Shown here: piece by piece, positions 14,465-17,979 of the stretch
Position numbering within the stretch: the stretch's first letter is position 1
Layout: every line of letters starts with the position of its first letter
Assembly: GCA_032128375.1 (NCBI GenBank)
Contig: JAQBGU010000168.1
Span: forward strand, 1 to 17,979
Direction: 5' to 3'
From: Deltaproteobacteria bacterium
GTDB taxonomy: Bacteria > Myxococcota_A > UBA9160 > SMWR01
Length of the DNA stretch: 17,979 bases
The notes under the pieces: model-generated
Told to the model about the DNA's origin: nothing
Seen by the model: the letters and a program-made list of their open reading frames with translations, nothing else
Databases searched by the model: none
Made by a program: the position numbers and the translations under genes

Positions 14465-14490
14465 AGAGGCGGCCGTAAACGGCCGCCTCT
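14465..14490 (-). terminator. Probable intrinsic terminator of the small Cys-rich gene
   Basis: Perfect inverted repeat AGAGGCGGCCGT-AA-ACGGCCGCCTCT, 56 nt downstream of the stop at 14547, followed on the minus strand by CCATTTTGT. Confidence 0.7.
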
Positions 14491-14546
14491 GATGCCTCAG
14501 CGGCGGTGCACTGATCTTGGGACCAGCACTCCACTCGCTGAATTTT

Positions 14547-14813
14547 TCACTGAGCCATGTAGCGCTTCCACTGGCGGTATTCCTTGACCTCTTTGATCGT
14601 CGTCTCGATCGAAGGGAAATAGAACTTCACGGCGTGTCCGCACTTGCGGCAGATCTTGTAGCAGAATTTGAAACCCTCGATCTCCGTGGTGCTGCCAACG
14701 ATCTCGCGGTTGTTGTCGCTGCAGCATTTGGAAGGCATCGTCGGAGAAACGATCTTCTTCGGGTATTCGTTGCGGGGTTTTTCGTCATCCACGTACTTGA
14801 TGATGTTTTTCAC
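14547..14813 (-). CDS. Small hypothetical protein with putative zinc ribbon, 88 aa
   Basis: GTG 14813 with GAGG upstream. Reads MKNIIKYVDDEKPRNEYPKKIVSPTMPSKCC...YKICRKCGHAVKFY... Codons biased to AAG/ATC/TTC/TAC despite Lys/Ile-rich composition. Fills the gap between NRDE and the terminator. Alternative TTG start at 14873. Confidence 0.8.
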   Translation of the reverse strand: MKNIIKYVDDEKPRNEYPKKIVSPTMPSKCCSDNNREIVGSTTEIEGFKFCYKICRKCGHAVKFYFPSIETTIKEVKEYRQWKRYMAQ

Positions 14814-14869
14814 GATGCGGTTCTGCCTCGAATCGGTGTTCTGTTTTCTGATATTGCTACCAATTCTTC

Positions 14870-15661
14870 TCAACGTGGATTCCTCGCTGCCATTTGTCCT
14901 TCAGCCAGCCGACCGGGGTCGCCCAACTCGCGAAGGAGGGGGGTGTAATCTTGATATTCCGATTCACATGGAGCCTCGTCCGTGAAGCGGAACTCCGTGT
15001 CTCGGGGATCTTCCCCGAATCGAATCAATGCCGAGCTGCGCGTGCCGTAATCGCCGGCGTGGACGCATGTGCTGCGGAATGCATCGCCCTCGCCGTCGTG
15101 GCTGCGGCAGACTTTCGCTAGCTCATCGAGCACGTCGTGGGGCGCGGACCTGGATATCCGATTGGCCCGAGCACTCAGCCTCGCGAGCTTCGGGGTCGGC
15201 GGGGCGGCCGGATCCGAGTTGCCGATCACCGTCGGTCCACTCGGCAGGTCGACGCGGCTAACCGTCCGGTCATAGGTGACCGCGTGAATCGAGTCGCGGT
15301 CAGCGACGAGCAAATTGAAGGAATTGTAGGCCTGTGCCGGCAACTGCTCGAGTTTCTCCATCGCTGCGATCGCACTGCGTTCCCGCAACGCATCTAGGAC
15401 CAGCAGACCGCGAGATCTGCGCTGTGGGTCTAGCTCCTGCTCATGCATAGGCCGGTTCGTTAGCGCCGCGAACAACCCGTGTTGATTTACTCCCAGCCAG
15501 GTTCCCCCCGCGCGTAGATCCCGCGGTGCTACGACGGCGCCGAATTCCAGATTGCGGATTGCCGGCCCCTCCGCGGGGCGGCCGAAAAATTCATCCCGGT
15601 TTGCTCCCACCGCCAGTGGGGTCTCCGGGACACATCCGTGAAGTACGATCAGGGTGCACAC
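14870..15661 (-). CDS. NRDE family (TANGO2-like) protein
   Basis: GTG 15661 gives the family-typical start MCTLIV...GANRDEFFGRP; also PRDLRAGGTWLGVN, ALTN, RSRGLLV, YNSFNLL, YGTRSS. Confidence 0.93.
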   Translation of the reverse strand: MCTLIVLHGCVPETPLAVGANRDEFFGRPAEGPAIRNLEFGAVVAPRDLRAGGTWLGVNQHGLFAALTNRPMHEQELDPQRRSRGLLVLDALRERSAIAAMEKLEQLPAQAYNSFNLLVADRDSIHAVTYDRTVSRVDLPSGPTVIGNSDPAAPPTPKLARLSARANRISRSAPHDVLDELAKVCRSHDGEGDAFRSTCVHAGDYGTRSSALIRFGEDPRDTEFRFTDEAPCESEYQDYTPLLRELGDPGRLAEGQMAARNPR

Positions 15662-15733
15662 GGGGCCCCCGAATTCTCGCAAGGAAGTCCCGCTAAGACC
15701 GCGAACCGGTGGGGGTGGCTGCGGAGCGGTCTA

Positions 15734-15742
15734 ACTGTACCA
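15734..15742 (-). promoter_or_regulatory. Possible extended -10 promoter for the NRDE gene
   Basis: TGgTACAGT on the minus strand (TGn-TANNNT) in the 110-nt gap upstream of the NRDE start. No clear -35. Confidence 0.35.
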
Positions 15743-15771
15743 GAAACCTAGCTTTTCGCCAGTCGACAGCA

Positions 15772-17154
15772 TCATGCGCGATCCTGCCCCACCAACCGCA
15801 GCGGCCTTTCGTCGGGCGCTTCCGCTTCGGCCTCGGGACGATCCCAACCGAAAGCAACGCGAGCCCGGGATGCGCGGCGGCTCGCTGACGCGCGATTCAT
15901 CTCTAGACCGTAATGGGCGAATACCTTTTCGAGTTCTTCGAAATTCTGCTCGATGGTCGTGCGAACGGATTCGAAGCCATGCTGTACCGCCTCGTTGCGC
16001 TTCCAAAATGCCATTGGGTTGACCGCAAAGAATTTGGCGTCCAGCTCGCGCGGCTCGAGCAGCACAATATCGCCCTGGAAGCGATCGTCATCGAGGTAGC
16101 GCTGAATCCCTAGCTTTAGACGGGAATGCAGCAGCGTCCGAAACACCTGGTTGATGACGACCTTGAGCCCGCGGTCGGCAAGGTACCGGCCATCGGCAAA
16201 GTAGGAGGCGCCTTGGTCCTCCGAACCGACTTGAGTGTTGTCCTGTGAATCGATCCGGTTCAGGAATGGGCGAAACGGGTTGTAACAGATGATCAGGTCT
16301 GCGCCCTTCTCGATCGCGATGTCGATGTTGGCGGTATGCCGAACGCCCCCGTCGACGTAGTCGACGCCATTGAGGCGGGCGGGCTTGTAGAAACCCGGCA
16401 ACGCGGACGAGGCCTGCACGGCCTGGGAAATCGTCAACTCGCAGTTCTCGTCCGCACCAAAGATCGTGCGTTCGGCTGTATCGAGGTCACACGCGGTGAT
16501 GTATAGACTTCGCTCGCGTTTGCGCTCGAATGCCCGAAAGTCGTTCGGCATGCCGAGATGCTCCAGCTGGCTGCGAACCCAGCGCTCGATGCTGGAGTTG
16601 TCGAAGAAGCCGCTCGGAAAGTGATTGGTCAACGCCGGAATCTCACGAGTCGGGGACACGTGCTCGAGCAGACGCATCACAACCGATTCGAAGCCGGTGT
16701 AGCTGGGCTTGCTGCCAAACTTCTTGAGGGCCGGTCCGACCGCTTCTGGAAGACCTGGTAGCGCTCTGATGAAGTCCATTCCCACACTGGGCAGATAGGT
16801 CGAGAGGTCGTAAAGGAATTTTGCAGGCCGACTGGCAAACTCCCGGAAATTCGGGTTGTAGAAGTCGATGGGACGCAGCTGGTCGAAGCGCTTGCTCGTA
16901 CCATCGAGCACCCTGATCATCTCGTCCGGTGTGATGCCACCCGCCAGCGAGGCCCCGAGGATCGCACCAGCCGACAAGCCCACATACATGTCGAGATCGG
17001 ATATCTTGCGACCCACCAGAAAGTCGTTCAGCGCTTTGAGGCCACCGACCTTGAAAGCGCCGCCAGAAACAGCACCACCCGCGAGCACGAGGGCGACAAC
17101 AGGCTCGCGTTTTCGGGGAGTGTTCCCACTCTTTCGGATCAGTGTCAGCCCCAC
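15772..17154 (-). CDS. Patatin-like phospholipase family protein
   Basis: Gly-rich oxyanion loop ALVLAGGAVSGGAFKVG, nucleophile elbow GLSAG, ASSALPG.Y.P, catalytic YVDGG. Start GTG 17154 or TTG 17157 after AGGGGG. Confidence 0.93.
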   Translation of the reverse strand: MGLTLIRKSGNTPRKREPVVALVLAGGAVSGGAFKVGGLKALNDFLVGRKISDLDMYVGLSAGAILGASLAGGITPDEMIRVLDGTSKRFDQLRPIDFYNPNFREFASRPAKFLYDLSTYLPSVGMDFIRALPGLPEAVGPALKKFGSKPSYTGFESVVMRLLEHVSPTREIPALTNHFPSGFFDNSSIERWVRSQLEHLGMPNDFRAFERKRERSLYITACDLDTAERTIFGADENCELTISQAVQASSALPGFYKPARLNGVDYVDGGVRHTANIDIAIEKGADLIICYNPFRPFLNRIDSQDNTQVGSEDQGASYFADGRYLADRGLKVVINQVFRTLLHSRLKLGIQRYLDDDRFQGDIVLLEPRELDAKFFAVNPMAFWKRNEAVQHGFESVRTTIEQNFEELEKVFAHYGLEMNRASASRRASRARVAFGWDRPEAEAEAPDERPLRLVGQDRA

Positions 17155-17766
17155 CAAGCCCCCTGCCCAACACGTCGAAGTTGGGACAACATCAGAAATT
17201 TCTTCAACATTGCCTGGGGGGCGAGCGGCGACCCATCGAACTTCGTGAAGTTTCGCGGCTGGGTAGCGTCATACGACGTGAGCATTCAACACTACACTGA
17301 GCGGGACGATAGATGAGCACAGCACTATTAACGGCACTCCTCGCGGCTCCATTAACGGCGACGGCACGATTTGCTTCGTTCGCGTCAGGACTCTACGAAA
17401 ATCATTGTCCGCTGCAGTGCGTTAGGATATCGCTGTCAGCCCTACCCGTCGAGTTGGGCTTGTCGATCCGCGGAAGACTCCGCGATTGGGAAAATAACAC
17501 AAGCAATTTCGAGGAGTATGGCTGCATTCGCGAGCCGGGGGCAACCGTCTCATAGGCGGCTGAGTCGATCCGCTCGCTCTTGCTGCAACGCGTCGGAAAA
17601 TTCGGGTGTATTTAGGCCCATTCGGTGGATTGTGATATTGATATTCTGGAGCCGCTTGCACGGCACGAATCCACCCATTCTGTCGTGCGGGGGTCGTGCG
17701 CGATGTGTCGGTAGTGCTTGGCGCGCGCTGTCAGATTGGTGCGTGAATAGTGAGCGAGGTGGCGGA

Positions 17767-17979
17767 ATGCCCCACCAACAACCCATCGCCGCCAGAGTCG
17801 TCGTCAGCATTCTGTCGCTGGCGATCGCGCTCGGCGTGAGCCTTCCTGGGTTCGCCGAGAACTCACTAGATGCTCAGATGCAAAAAGAGGTCGATCGCGG
17901 ACGGTCGCTCGAATCGGATGTCGAGGCGGAACTCCGACGCCAAGAAGAGCTACTGCGCTCAATCGATCTCGATATGGAG
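17767..17979 (+). CDS. Putative exported protein, N-terminal fragment (3' truncated)
   Basis: Not in the ORF track. GAGGT RBS then ATG 17767; open to the window end: MPHQQPIAARVVVSILSLAIALGVSLPGFA-ENSLDAQMQKEVDRGRSLESDVEAELRRQEELL... Sec-type signal peptide followed by a charged helical segment. Confidence 0.75.
   Translation, partial: MPHQQPIAARVVVSILSLAIALGVSLPGFAENSLDAQMQKEVDRGRSLESDVEAELRRQEELLRSIDLDME

Noticed and set aside
15696..15732. Riboswitch-like hairpin (AGACCGC/GCGGTCT) upstream of the NRDE gene
   Set aside because: Only 7 bp with a long loop, overlaps the predicted start of transcription, and matches no aptamer I recognise.
17362..17375. Sigma54-like CGGCACGATTTGCT (and CTGGAGCCGCTTGCA near 17646)
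   Set aside because: GG to GC spacing is 8 nt rather than the strictly required 10.
17313..17810. Small ORFs 17313-17555, 17422-17661 and 17550-17810
   Set aside because: No motifs or host-like codon bias evident; the last overlaps the better-supported exported-protein gene antisense.

Overview
High-GC bacterial chromosomal window of densely packed housekeeping and metabolic genes, with no mobile element, CRISPR array, rRNA or tRNA recognisable. MutS2, a sigma54 promoter with an IHF-like site and high GC would fit a deltaproteobacterial/Myxococcota-like host, but that is unverified inference. Gene order: 3' end of a glutaryl-CoA-dehydrogenase-like gene (+), murQ (-), mutS2 (+), HemY/amine-oxidase-family flavoprotein (-), ECF sigma / zinc anti-sigma / zinc-ribbon-PspC operon (+), GH36 alpha-galactosidase fused to an MtnX-like HAD phosphatase (-), GH20 hexosaminidase (+), MFS transporter, folC, small Cys-rich protein, NRDE protein and patatin (all -), then the 5' end of an exported protein (+). 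The most interesting signal is in the 458-bp gap between the two divergent glycosidases. It holds a near-consensus sigma54 promoter, an IHF-like site and repeated candidate activator sites, followed by a strongly structured non-coding stretch with a bulged anti-Shine-Dalgarno-like sequence (candidate new sRNA or leader RNA). The GH36-HAD fusion, the ECF-ZAS-PspC module and the small zinc-ribbon protein are the next best leads. All protein calls rest on recognised motifs, not database searches.
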